This document shows positions 31,692 through 42,834 of a stretch of 64,000 nt of DNA, in pieces. Position 1 is the first letter of the stretch. Each line of letters begins with the position of its first letter. The notes beneath the pieces are model-generated. The model searched no databases, was not told the DNA's origin, and saw only the letters and a program-made list of their open reading frames with translations. The stretch is taken from the NCBI GenBank assembly GCA_963776275.1, contig CAVZMI010000014.1:1-64000 (forward strand), in the 5' to 3' direction. This stretch comes from Ignavibacteriota bacterium. Lineage in GTDB: Bacteria > Bacteroidota > Ignavibacteria > UBA10030 > CAVZMI01. A program made the translations under genes and the position numbers.

Positions 31692-33001
31692 ATGCGAAAG
31701 AGATATATTCTTTTTTTGCTCCTTCTTATTATACCGATAATTATCGGCATAGGCTGGCTTACGACAATTTTCAATGTATTCCACGTGGAAGAAAGGACCA
31801 GCCCGTAAAGTTATATTATGCTGATAACATCTCACCCTCGCATCAGCTCGCGATTGATGAGTTCAATCGCTTGCACAAAGGGAAGATCGAGGTAATTCCC
31901 GTAAATTTGCCGTTTTCTAAATTCAGTACAAACGAACGTAAAGAGCTGCTGGCGCGTTCACTGCGAAGTAAAAGTGAAAAACTCGATATCTTTGCCGTCG
32001 ACCTGATTTGGGTTCCACGTTTTGCGAAATGGAGTGAACCGCTGGATTCCTACTTCAGTGTAGATGAGAAACGGCGCCTACTGCCCGATGCGATGAAATC
32101 GTGCGTGTATGAAGGAACGCTTGTGGCGATGCCGATGTATCTGGATGTAGGGCTTATGTATTATCGCCGGGATATCATTCACAGATTACCTGATGCAAGC
32201 GCAGTCGAGAAGCGGCTCCAGGAATCAATTTCATGGAAAGAATTAGTGCGGCTGCGCAAGCGGCTTGGATATATGAATAAACCGTTCTTTCTGTTCCCGG
32301 CAAAAGACTACGAAGGACTGGTATGTAATTTCTTTGAATTAGCCGTCGGTTATGAACCTGAATTTCTAAAATCCAATACCTTTCGTCTTCTTTCTCCGTC
32401 TGCAGCGAAATCTCTTCAGATGATGGTCGATTTCGTGAAAAATGGGACGACTCCCCAGGTTGTGACGGACTTCGATGAATACCTGTGCGATACATACATG
32501 CTTGATCACGATGCCGTGTTCATGCGTAGTTGGCCCGATTTTGTTCAGAACTTCCGTACATCTTACCCGGATACGGCAAAGCTCAAAAACATCGCGAAAG
32601 CACCTTTACCCCATTTCGAAGGGAGACAATCGACCTCGGTATTCGGCGGCTGGAATTTGATGATATCGAAGTCTTCAACGAAAAAAGCGGCAGCAATTGA
32701 ATTTATCCGGTTTTTTCAGAGTGAAGCAATTCAACGGATGATATTCGAACGTATGGGATATTTACCGGCAATTAATTCTGTTTATGAAGATAGTCTGTTC
32801 CTGCGCACTCATAACGAGCTAATCTTTTTCCATAAATTGCTACGCCGCGGATTTCATCGACCTGCACTTATCGAATATACAAAGGTCTCGGATATTATTT
32901 CCCATTATGCGCACCTGGCAATTAAACGGGAAATTACGGTCGAAGAAGCTCTTACCCGTTCCAATGAATTGATTCGTTCCAGCGAGGTGCTGATCAAATG
33001 A
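31692..33001 (+). CDS. Sugar-type extracellular solute-binding protein with N-terminal membrane anchor; frameshift at ~31770-31800
   Basis: SBP motifs DIFAVDLIWV, GLMYYRRD, VFGGWNLMISKSS. ATG 31692 gives MRKRYILFLLLLIIPIIIGIGW in a different frame from PVKLYYADNISPSHQLAIDEFNRLHKG (track start 31871). Confidence 0.82.
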
Positions 33002-34500
33002 TGGGTACAATAATGAAATATCTTCGACTGTTCCGGGACAGATATCATGAGTATCGTTTCGAGATCCGGCACATTACAGTGCTTGCACTGGTATTAATTG
33101 TCTTCCAATTCTTCGTTCTTTTCATGAATCAGAATTCGCTCAGAAAAGTATTTGTGAAATCCCAGCAATGGTATCAGCAGGATGCTGCCGAGCGTATTGC
33201 CAATCTGACCGCCACTTCAATTGAAATGCTTTTCGAGTCCAAGAGTCCGAAGGCAAGGCTCTTGGAAAGCGAAGAACGAAAGATCATACAGGACTTTAAC
33301 ATCATTTTTAGTCAGCAGTTACTCGATAAGAACGTTCAAAGCGTCTGTATATTGATCCCGTATGAAAACACGATAGTATCAATCGATGATGGTAAACAAT
33401 TGTGTAACTATTTATTTGGAGATACAAAGAGTGTTCGGAATTCGGATAGTGCGCACGCCGAGGCGATTCGTTTGTTCCGATCGGTGCAGGACACAATTCG
33501 TAAGATAGAACAAAACTACACATTGGTGGAACAGCAGCATATATTTCATGTATTTATTCCATTCGTTCCCCGGGGAGAATTTGTCGGTGTAGTGTATATG
33601 AAAACATCTCCGGATCTTACATTTCTTACCGAGGAAATGTCGACCAATTACAATCAAACGGCATTGGTATATTCTGCTCTTATTATTATCGGATTACTGG
33701 CTATGTTTTATATCTCTACGCGGACACTCGCAGAACGCAACGAAGCGCAGCGATTATTGTTTGAAGAACAAAAACAACATCTGACAGAACAGATCAATCA
33801 CCAAAAGGAAATGCTTTTTACCAAGCGTATCTATCACACCCACCATAAGGCTGAAAAGATCGGAGGATTTATCAAAGAAGATTTACGGAATTTAACGGCA
33901 GATAATATTAATATCATCAAGAATCGTATCAGCAGGTATGCCAGTTTCATCGCACGAGTGATCTATGATATGAAGTGGTATGATCCTCCAATTCACACAA
34001 TACGCGGTCCAATGTTTAAAACAAATGTCAACGAGGTTATTAAATTCATTGTCGAAAATATCTTTCAGCGGCTGTCGGATAACCGGCCCGCAACGAAGTT
34101 CAATCTACAGCTTGATCCCCTGCTGCCTGATGTTGCCATCAATGAGTATGTCATCTGGGAGGTGTTTGAACCGATCATCCAGAACAGTATGGATCATGCA
34201 GGGGTGGATAAGAAAGAAATAACAATCAAGACGGAATTCAATCCCGTTCTGAGGCAATCGACTGTTATGATTGCTGATAATGGAAACGGAATCCCCCCCG
34301 GTCTTTTAGAAAGCGATGAGCACGGCGTTAAAAAAATATTCCAGGAACAGGTGACATCAGGCGATGTATCGGGCAAGGAACATTCCGGGTACGGTTGTTA
34401 CATTGCATATGAGATAGCCACGCAACGATTCGGCTGGAAGATAGATGCGGAGAATCTGCCCGAAGGGGGCTGCAGGTTCATGTTTATTATGCAACATTGA
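32998..34500 (+). CDS. Membrane sensor histidine kinase with atypical H-box
   Basis: Two TM segments around a periplasmic domain; HATPase boxes EPIIQNSMDHA, IADNGNGIP, SGYGCYIA; putative H-box RIYHTHHKAEK; start overlaps the SBP stop (ATGA). Confidence 0.82.
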   Translation: MMGTIMKYLRLFRDRYHEYRFEIRHITVLALVLIVFQFFVLFMNQNSLRKVFVKSQQWYQQDAAERIANLTATSIEMLFESKSPKARLLESEERKIIQDFNIIFSQQLLDKNVQSVCILIPYENTIVSIDDGKQLCNYLFGDTKSVRNSDSAHAEAIRLFRSVQDTIRKIEQNYTLVEQQHIFHVFIPFVPRGEFVGVVYMKTSPDLTFLTEEMSTNYNQTALVYSALIIIGLLAMFYISTRTLAERNEAQRLLFEEQKQHLTEQINHQKEMLFTKRIYHTHHKAEKIGGFIKEDLRNLTADNINIIKNRISRYASFIARVIYDMKWYDPPIHTIRGPMFKTNVNEVIKFIVENIFQRLSDNRPATKFNLQLDPLLPDVAINEYVIWEVFEPIIQNSMDHAGVDKKEITIKTEFNPVLRQSTVMIADNGNGIPPGLLESDEHGVKKIFQEQVTSGDVSGKEHSGYGCYIAYEIATQRFGWKIDAENLPEGGCRFMFIMQH

Positions 34501-34523
34501 GAAGACGAAAAAACGGAGTAGAT

Positions 34524-35994
34524 ATGTTTACAGACGATGTTATAGGAGTTTTACTGATCGAGGATGAAGAGTTCGACGTCCGTCGAGTTCGTAGTACACT
34601 CAAACCGTTCGCAGATCAAATACAGATACGCGAAGTCGTCTCGAACGGCGACACGGCATTGGAACTGTTGGCGCAGCACAATGACCAATTCGATGTAATA
34701 ATAATGGATCTCCAGATTGCTGGTGGTGTTATGGGAGAAGCACTCATCCGGGCGATCAAGCGAGTGGCTCCATCGCTGCAAATCATTGTTATTACAAAAA
34801 TGACCGTGAATATTACAGACTTTGATTTTGCGAATCGACTCTTGCAGGCAGGGGCGTTTTGGTATTGTACAAAGTATCCGACTGATATTGAAGGCTATAT
34901 CTATCAGCCGACCGACTTCATATTGAGTATATTCAACGCCTATCAAAGGAAGAGGCTTGAGCGCGAACATTCGCGGTCCGAGAAGAAACTGCTGCACAAC
35001 GTTGAAGGCATGTTGTCACGTACTAGAATTCTTGGAATCTCAGAACAAATGCAAAAGGTTCGCGCACAGATCAAGCAACTGGCCGCGATCGATGCCACAG
35101 TCCTGATTTCGGGTGCTTCAGGCACAGGCAAAGAACTTGTCGCGATAAACATTCATTATGAAAGCAAGAGAAAGCTGGAAAATTTTATTCCCATTAACTG
35201 CGGGAGTATTCCTCATGATTTAATTGAGAGCGAATTATTCGGTTATGAGAAAGGTTCGTTTACGGGAGCAAGCACAAGCAAGCGGGGACTTTTTGAACAG
35301 GCTAATCACGGCACAATTTTCCTGGATGAAGTCGCCGAACTTCCCCTCTCTGCCCAGGTTAAATTACTTAGGGTCATCCAGGACGGTGAGATCGAGAAAA
35401 TTGGGAGGAGCCGAAAAAATCAAAGTGGACGTGCGTCTCATTGCCGCAACGAACAAGGTTCTACAAAAAGAGGTTGCAGCGGGGAGATTTCGTGAAGATC
35501 TATTCTATCGGTTGCATGTCGTGCCCCTTTACATACCTCCGCTTAAGGAAAGACCGGAGGATATTCTCGTGCTATGGGAACACTTTATGCGCCAAATGAG
35601 TATAGATATGATCAGACAGACTCCTACCACGGAAGAAAATGCTTTCAAAATCCTTAAAGAATATACATGGCCGGGTAATGTCAGGGAACTTATGAATGTG
35701 GTTCAACGACTTCTCCTTCGGGAGGAAAATATAATCACTTCGGATATAGTAAAAGAAATGTTTTCTCTTCACCCCTCACTTCAGCTGTCCGCTGGCGGCG
35801 ATGCAATACTATTTCGGGATTTTGAAAATACTCTCTCACTGCGAGAGATGGAACACATCATTCGAAAGAAGTACTTCACCTTTGTCCGCAAAAATTCTTC
35901 ATCAGATGCAGAGGCGGCACGAAAACTCGGCCTGGCTCCTCCGAATTATCATAGAATGTGCAAAGAACTTGGATTGAAAGGCCAATCAACTTAA
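34524..35994 (+). CDS. Sigma54-dependent response regulator (NtrC family), split by a 1-nt insertion at ~35410
   Basis: Receiver (LLIEDEE, DVIIMDL); AAA+ (GASGTGKE, ESELFGYEKGSFTGA, FLDEV). The second frame carries KVDVRLIAATN, FREDLFYRL, WPGNVREL and a C-terminal HTH AARKLGL. Confidence 0.9.
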
Positions 35995-36194
35995 TCTTCT
36001 TCTTGGATTATCATAGCTGACAATAGGCTATTATTAGCATAATAATCATTCAAAAGTCGTATGATGATTTGCATGATAAAAAGCAGGTTTTTTAAAAATG
36101 GCATAGATGTTGTTGAAATTCAATGGATTATCGTATTTTAATGTAAAGTATGAATAGAAATGACGGACTATAGACATAAAAAAAGCGATAACTA

Positions 36195-36222
36195 TTGACA
36201 TTCAAAAAAAAAAGACTATGTT
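36195..36222 (+). promoter_or_regulatory. Putative sigma70 promoter upstream of module 3 with an A10 tract in the spacer
   Basis: TTGACA (36195-36200), 16-nt spacer TTCAAAAAAAAAAGAC, TATGTT (36217-36222). Confidence 0.45.
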
Positions 36223-36602
36223 GGCTTCAAAGCCCGCCGAAATAAGTACCGGTAATAAATTATAAATATTGAGTATTGAATGAGAGGCTCTTTTATTATA
36301 GAAGATATATTTTATCATTCAATTTTTCTTAATTTTCTAATCCCCAATCGTGGATTTCGGTTCATGCCCAAAACTGTTTAACACCTTCACTTTTTTACTG
36401 CAACGATTTTCAACTGTTCGTGTGAGAGGTATGCTTGATTAAAATGTTTTTGCATGCCTTGTATACTGTGGATCCTGGACTAGATATTTCAAAGCAAAAA
36501 TAAAGGGAAATTTCAAATAACAGTTTTACCACTATATGTTACAATCGTCGTATCCAAAGTGTAAAAATTAGACAAGAAAGAATCTACCAAAGGAGAAATT
36601 CT

Positions 36603-39600
36603 ATGTCATCGGGTAAATACCGAATTCTTATTTTTTCTGCCCTATTATTTTCATTGATGGTAAGTGTTATTTTCGCGGGAACCACTGGAAAAATAGCAGG
36701 CAGAGTCGTGGATAAAGAGACTGGTGAACCGCTGATAGGTGTTAATGTCATTATTAAAGGAACAACCCTTGGCACGACCACGAATATAGATGGTTATTAT
36801 GCCATTCTGTATGTACCGCCGGGTGTGCAAACTGTCGTAGCAAGCATGGTTGGGTATTCTGCCGTGACTGTTACAAGAGTGCGTGTTCTTATAGATCAAA
36901 CAGCACCTGTTAATATTGAGATGACGCCACAGGCAATTGAAACAGGAGCCGTTATCATCGTCGCAGAACGAAGCCTCGTAAAAAAGGATGTATCCACAAG
37001 TATCGTTTCAGTTCAGTCGGATGAAATTGAAAGTCTTCCTGTCTCCTCGGTTGGTGATATGATGGGCTTTCAGGCGGGAGTTGATAAAAATTTTGTAGTG
37101 AGGGGTGGCAGTGCGGATCAGTTACTCTTTCAAATCGATGGTGCTACTTTACGTGATCCAAGAAATAACAAACCTATCACAATGGTTGCCCTGAGTTCAA
37201 TCCAGGAAGTTTCCGTAGAACGTGGAGGCTTTAACGCCGAGTACGGACAGGTACGCTCAGGAATAGTCAATATCATTGAAAAGGAAGGGGATATCGCCTC
37301 TTATTCCGGGTCGATAACGGTGAAATACAGCCCTGCACAGCAGAAAAATTTTGGTATTTCTGTGTACGATCCTAATTCCTGTTGGAACCGTCCGTATTTA
37401 GATCCTGATGTCTGCTGGGTGGGAACAAAAAACGGGACATGGAATGAATATACCCAGAGACAGTATCCTAAATTTGACGGCTGGAATTCTATTTCTGAGG
37501 GATTGATGGCAGACAGTGATCCTACCAACGATCTTACACCTGCCGGAGCTCAGCGTTACTGGGAATGGACACATAGAAGAAGGCCTGCGAAGGAGCCCGA
37601 TTATTATATTGACGGAAGCTTCGGCGGTCCAGTGCCGTTTTTAAGCGAAAAACTGGGTAATCTACGATTCTTTACCAGTTTTGTGATGAACAGAGAAATG
37701 CTTCTTATACCTCTCAGCCGCGATGATTATAAAGAATATAACTGGTCATTTAAGCTGAATTCTGATGTAAGAAAGAATATGAAACTGCAGTTAAGTGCCA
37801 CTATGGGTAAAACCTTTACGGTCCCCATCAACTCGGACGATAGACAATTTTGGAATCCTACATTCGGCATCACCGGCGTTCAATTTTGGAATCCCACAGA
37901 CTATATGCGCACACCCCTTGAGATCGCTGAGGTCACGAACGAGGCGAGACCCTCAAGGATTTTCTGTGATTCCTGGTATGGTAAAGCCGAAATCAGTCAC
38001 ATCACCTTTGCTGCGAAACTCACTTCGTTCGTGACTGCGTCGACCGTATATGAGATAAGCATAGAGAATGTTAATCGTAATTACCTTGTCGGCCCCATCC
38101 AGAATCGGGATACAACAAGGCGTTACGAAGTAGTCCCGGGTTATTTTGTCGATGAGGCTCCAAACGGGTATAATCCTTTGCCGAACGCTGATCTTTCAGG
38201 GATGTTCTTCGGCGGTCACAGTGCTACGGCACGTGATTCCAGCAAATTGAAATCATTCACACTAAAGGCAGATTTAACAAGCCAATTGACCAGCGTCCAC
38301 CTGATCAAGACAGGAATTGAATTCTCATATTACGACCTTGATTTGGATTATGGTTGGGTGAAGGTATTTTTCAATGATGTAAATTATGTGAAAGAAAACT
38401 GGAAGCCGTACCGTCTCTCCTTGTACGCTCAGGATAAGATAGAAGCATTAGGATTTATCGCCAATTTAGGCTTAAGAATGGATCTCAGCAATCCAAATAC
38501 TGAATGGGCGGATGTTAATCCTTTCGATAAATTATATTTCTCCAGTTCGTATAATTCGAGTGCCGATTATCTAAAAACAAAAGCAAAAGTCGACGTTGCC
38601 CTCAGCCCTCGTTTGGGCATATCGCACCCGATTACAGAGAATTCAAAATTGTACTTTAATTACGGGCACTTCAAACAAATGCCTGCATATGAGGAGATAT
38701 TCAGAGTGGGTCGCAGTGCGACAGGGGGTATGTCCAATTATGGCAATCCAAATTTAATTCAGGCAAAGACAGTCTCATATGAATTAGGTTATGATCACGC
38801 GTTGTTTGAGTCGTTCCTGCTGCAACTTTCCGCATTTTATCATGACATCACCGATCAACAGGCTTATACCGCTTATTTAAGCGATCAAAAAGGTATTGGT
38901 TACTACGCGGCGAATAACAACAGCTATGCGGATATCCGTGGATTTGAATTAACGTTCAGAAAATCTTCCGGCGACTGGATCCGTGGTTTTGCCAACTTCA
39001 CCTATCAGGTGGTAACCCAGGGTGCTTTTGGGAAACCAACGATCGATGAGGACCCGAGCAAGCAGAAAATTATAGACCAGAATACAGCCCTGCTGTACCA
39101 GCAAAAACCGGTTCCGCAGCCTCGTGCCAATGCAAGTATAACATTCTTGACGCCGAAGGATTTTGGGCCGCAGTTCGCTGCAATCCGTCCTCTTGGTGAC
39201 TGGACTCTGAACTTAATAGCAGAATGGAGAGCCGGTGGATATATTACATATCAACAGAGAGTCATCCCCGAAGAGATCAACAATGTTCAGTTATCGGACT
39301 ACTATAATATAGATCTTCGCCTCAACAAGACTTTCGATTTCAAGATGTTCTCGCTTATGTTCTTTATGGAAGTTCGGAATCTGTTGAATTCACAGTTCCT
39401 GTCGGGCAAGAGTTTTTACGATAGCTACGACTTCCAGTACTACATGGAATCGCTCCACTTACCCGAGAATCGTGCATATGACAATATACCGGGAACAGAT
39501 CGTGCAGGCTCCGTCCGGAAAGAAGGCGTAGAGTTCCAGCCGGTTGAACAAAGCGGAAACGTGAACGGTATGAATACAGCCAATATCAAGACAGGGGTCA

Positions 39601-39812
39601 TTTATTACGACAAACCGACAAAAGAATATATGGTGTATCTCGACAGCAAATGGGAAAAAATGAAGGACAACCCTGATCACCCTGAGTTAGGCAATCGTCT
39701 ACAGCAGGTTTTAGATGATAAAGCGTACATTGATATGCCGAATAATACATCATTCAGCTTCCTGAATCCAAGACAAATTTTTTATGGTATCAATTTATCA
39801 TTTAAATTTTAA
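36603..39812 (+). CDS. TonB-dependent receptor, non-SusC type (module 3)
   Basis: Homologous to modules 1 and 2 (TTGKIAGRV, VERGGFNAEYGQVRSGIVNII, LSPRLGISHP); ends in LSFKF. Confidence 0.92.
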   Translation: MSSGKYRILIFSALLFSLMVSVIFAGTTGKIAGRVVDKETGEPLIGVNVIIKGTTLGTTTNIDGYYAILYVPPGVQTVVASMVGYSAVTVTRVRVLIDQTAPVNIEMTPQAIETGAVIIVAERSLVKKDVSTSIVSVQSDEIESLPVSSVGDMMGFQAGVDKNFVVRGGSADQLLFQIDGATLRDPRNNKPITMVALSSIQEVSVERGGFNAEYGQVRSGIVNIIEKEGDIASYSGSITVKYSPAQQKNFGISVYDPNSCWNRPYLDPDVCWVGTKNGTWNEYTQRQYPKFDGWNSISEGLMADSDPTNDLTPAGAQRYWEWTHRRRPAKEPDYYIDGSFGGPVPFLSEKLGNLRFFTSFVMNREMLLIPLSRDDYKEYNWSFKLNSDVRKNMKLQLSATMGKTFTVPINSDDRQFWNPTFGITGVQFWNPTDYMRTPLEIAEVTNEARPSRIFCDSWYGKAEISHITFAAKLTSFVTASTVYEISIENVNRNYLVGPIQNRDTTRRYEVVPGYFVDEAPNGYNPLPNADLSGMFFGGHSATARDSSKLKSFTLKADLTSQLTSVHLIKTGIEFSYYDLDLDYGWVKVFFNDVNYVKENWKPYRLSLYAQDKIEALGFIANLGLRMDLSNPNTEWADVNPFDKLYFSSSYNSSADYLKTKAKVDVALSPRLGISHPITENSKLYFNYGHFKQMPAYEEIFRVGRSATGGMSNYGNPNLIQAKTVSYELGYDHALFESFLLQLSAFYHDITDQQAYTAYLSDQKGIGYYAANNNSYADIRGFELTFRKSSGDWIRGFANFTYQVVTQGAFGKPTIDEDPSKQKIIDQNTALLYQQKPVPQPRANASITFLTPKDFGPQFAAIRPLGDWTLNLIAEWRAGGYITYQQRVIPEEINNVQLSDYYNIDLRLNKTFDFKMFSLMFFMEVRNLLNSQFLSGKSFYDSYDFQYYMESLHLPENRAYDNIPGTDRAGSVRKEGVEFQPVEQSGNVNGMNTANIKTGVIYYDKPTKEYMVYLDSKWEKMKDNPDHPELGNRLQQVLDDKAYIDMPNNTSFSFLNPRQIFYGINLSFKF

Positions 39813-39820
39813 TTCTGAAA

Positions 39821-42017
39821 ATGAAGGGTAGTATTCACATGATTAAAAAATATCTATTGAAAGTGATAATTGGTTTTTCGCTTTGCAGTGCATTCGGTAT
39901 TAATACAATATATGCTCAGGTTACAGGCCCTCAGGAGATCAAGTGGGTATGGGTAAGCCAGCTTCGAAACTGGTTTTCGAACGGCGGTGCTGAGATCGAA
40001 TACGGTAGACGTTCCAGGGCATTCACTACGACGGACCAGCTGGATGGATTAAAATGGCCGGCAGAAAACATCAATCAGGATGTCCTTGTCGGCCAGTCGG
40101 TCTGGATCGGAACGACGAATTTCGTCGATCCGGTTGACGGACGAACATATCCGCATAAGGTAGCCTGTTCGGGCCGTCTATTCACGTATATCGGCTCGGA
40201 GATATTTCCCGAATCATTCTCGCTGGTGGGTAAATTTAATCATCCGTCAGTCCTGGTTGATGGAATGCACGCATCTGATCTTGATCCCAACGATGTATTA
40301 GATGATGTCCAAGACACTTTGAAAGCGGACCGTATGATCTATAATAAGATCCATACCTCCATCGGTGTATCAATGACCAGAAAAGTGCTCGCATTCACAC
40401 AACAGTACAATGATAATTACTACATCTATGAATATGTCTTTAAAAATAACGGCATCATCGACGGCAGTGGTCAGAGGAAATTAAATAAAACACTTACCGG
40501 TGTGATATTCCACTTTCAGTTCCGTTTAGGATTTGCAGGTGAATCGTACCATCAGGGTTGGGCCCCGACAGGTGCCTCATGGGGATTGAATACTATTAAT
40601 GATGGATTCGGTCAGGATGCAGCTCATCCATGTCCATTCCCCGATGCATTCGCTGCTCAATGGGAATACTACGGCCCGGTTTCGGCATCTCCGGGAGTGT
40701 TGGTGGATATCGGACTTCCTCATTATACCGGTCAGGAAATCATGCCCGGATCAGTAATGGCTGGGACGAAGTTCGCAGGCGTTGCGGTTCTTTATGCCGA
40801 CAAATCGCCTCAGGAACATATCAATGATCCGGCACAACCTTTTGATACACAATATATGGGCTCGGATCAGGACGGTCAGGGTGTTAATCAGTATGATATG
40901 GCTTTGATGGACAGTAAGTATAAGTTCATGTCAAAAGGACATCCGGCCCAGACTCATGCTGAATATGTTGGAAAAGATGCAAATGGCTGGCCAGCACGTT
41001 TCCCCACAACGGTAGGATTGGGAGATCCGGGGGGGTATGCAAGTGCCCAGGGATACGGTCCGTATACACTGAACCCTGACGATAGTATTCGGATTGTCAT
41101 CGCAGAAGGAATCAACAGTATAAACCGACGCCTGAACAGAGAAATTATCAGGAATTACATCGCCAATACCCCTCCGTTCATACTGCCAAACGGATCCACG
41201 ACGACCGATAGAAATACTTATAAAAATACTTGGGTATTTTCCGGGAAAGATTCCTTATTCCAGACTTTTCGGAGAGCGAGAGACAACTATCAGAGCGGAT
41301 ATGCAATACCCGCCCCTCCACAGCCGCCAAAGACATTCCAGGTGACATCCGGTGGCAATAAGATTACTCTTATATGGGAACCCCCCGAGAAAATAGAGTC
41401 GAACTTCGACGGATACAGACTCTACAGGGCAGAAGGCAGAGCGGATACGACATACGATATGATCTTTGAGTGCAATAAAAATAATCTGGCGAATAGTTAC
41501 GAAGACAGGAATGCGCGACGAGGATTTAATTATTTTTATTATATACAGTCGAAAGATGACGGTACGACGAATCCCGGATCGGCCGCTCTGAATATCCCGG
41601 CCGGTGAACCTCTTGTCAGTAGTAAATTTTATACGATGACGAACCATGAGGCATTTTTAACACGTCCTTCCGAGAAGCAACTCTCAGAAATACGAGTGGT
41701 TCCTAATCCTTATAATATTAGAGCAAAGTGACCTCCAATTTGGGAAGGATACGCCTGACAGACTCGCCTTTTTGGGTCTGCCTGCGTATTGTGTGATAAA
41801 AATTTATACCGAAACCGGGGATTTGATACAGACAATAAATCATATCAGCGGAAGCGGCGATGAAATTTGGAATTCGGCGACTTCTTCCGAACAGATCGTG
41901 GTCAGTGGATTATATATTGCGTATTTCGAGGTTACACAAGACATCTATTCGGATTCAGGGGAATTGATCTTTAGGAAGGGCGACAATACCTTCCGGAAAT
42001 TTATAATCATCAGATGA
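39821..42017 (+). CDS. Large secreted TBDR-partner protein (module 3), no CBM-like repeats; 1-nt insertion at ~41726 splits off the CTD
   Basis: Homologous to 16297-19005. Removing one A in GCAAAGT joins VVPNPYNIRA to SDLQFGKDTPDRLAFLGLPAYCVIKIYTETGDLI...FRKFIIIR (track ORF 41772-42017). Confidence 0.75.
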
Positions 42018-42039
42018 CTTTAATCATTTGGAGAACGAA

Positions 42040-42729
42040 ATGTACCGACAATGTCAGAAAAAATATGCTTCTTTTTTAAAACTATTTCTGGTAGGAATTG
42101 TGGTAATGATCGGTATCGGGTGCGACAGCATCCTACCGGAAAAATTTAAAAATAAGGAATATACTATTGCGGATATCGATAGTAGGGCCTGTATAATTCT
42201 TTCCGATACGACAGGAAAGTCAATTCAGACAATGACTCTACAAGGTTTTGTGGACACTGCAACGTGGCGAAAATTTACACAGGATAGCCTGACCGAAAAT
42301 CAAGTTTTATATCCGAAATTCAGCGTGCTGGTCGATAGTCTGCCGCAACTTGTCCGGGACTCATTGATGGTGGTAGGATATCCTAAAGGCGAGAACACCA
42401 CGTACTCGGTATTAAGAGTATTACCCGGAGAATCGAAAGATATTTACATTTATACAAGCTTGTTCTATAACGCGGATAATGTCAACGAGTACATTTCGGT
42501 CCGGCTGATGAAAAGCGATACGATCGAAGTAAATTATTCGAATGATATGCTCGGCGAAACCGTCTCCGGCAGTACTCAGACGATCCTGGTGCAGTCTCAG
42601 GAACGTATTGTACCAACCATAAGATCGCGCAACAAGATTCATGTCGAAGAGGGTGTCTATCTCGTACGATTTGGGATGAGCAATCCCGTGACAATCAACA
42701 AATTTAAAATTCTAATTTTATCACTCTAA
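42040..42729 (+). CDS. Hypothetical lipoprotein specific to module 3
   Basis: Basic N-terminus, hydrophobic stretch, lipobox IGIGC; lies in-operon between the partner and the PorV-like gene. Confidence 0.7.
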   Translation: MYRQCQKKYASFLKLFLVGIVVMIGIGCDSILPEKFKNKEYTIADIDSRACIILSDTTGKSIQTMTLQGFVDTATWRKFTQDSLTENQVLYPKFSVLVDSLPQLVRDSLMVVGYPKGENTTYSVLRVLPGESKDIYIYTSLFYNADNVNEYISVRLMKSDTIEVNYSNDMLGETVSGSTQTILVQSQERIVPTIRSRNKIHVEEGVYLVRFGMSNPVTINKFKILILSL

Positions 42730-42834
42730 TACAATTTAGTATAATGTCTTTGAGGTACTGTACCTCTTTATTTGTATAATTAATTAGTTGTGGGGGCGTC
42801 AGTAAGTGTGCAATTCCAAAAGGAGAATAAAAAA

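Noticed and set aside
19021-39812. Calling the receptors SusC and the downstream genes SusD
   Set aside because: No SusC-type signature was recognised, and the downstream partners lack a lipobox Cys and carry Fn3 and CTD domains unlike SusD.
41720-41735. Programmed frameshift producing CTD-less and CTD-bearing partner isoforms
   Set aside because: Only a 3-A run with no slippery heptamer; the paralogs are uninterrupted and similar 1-nt indels occur across the window.
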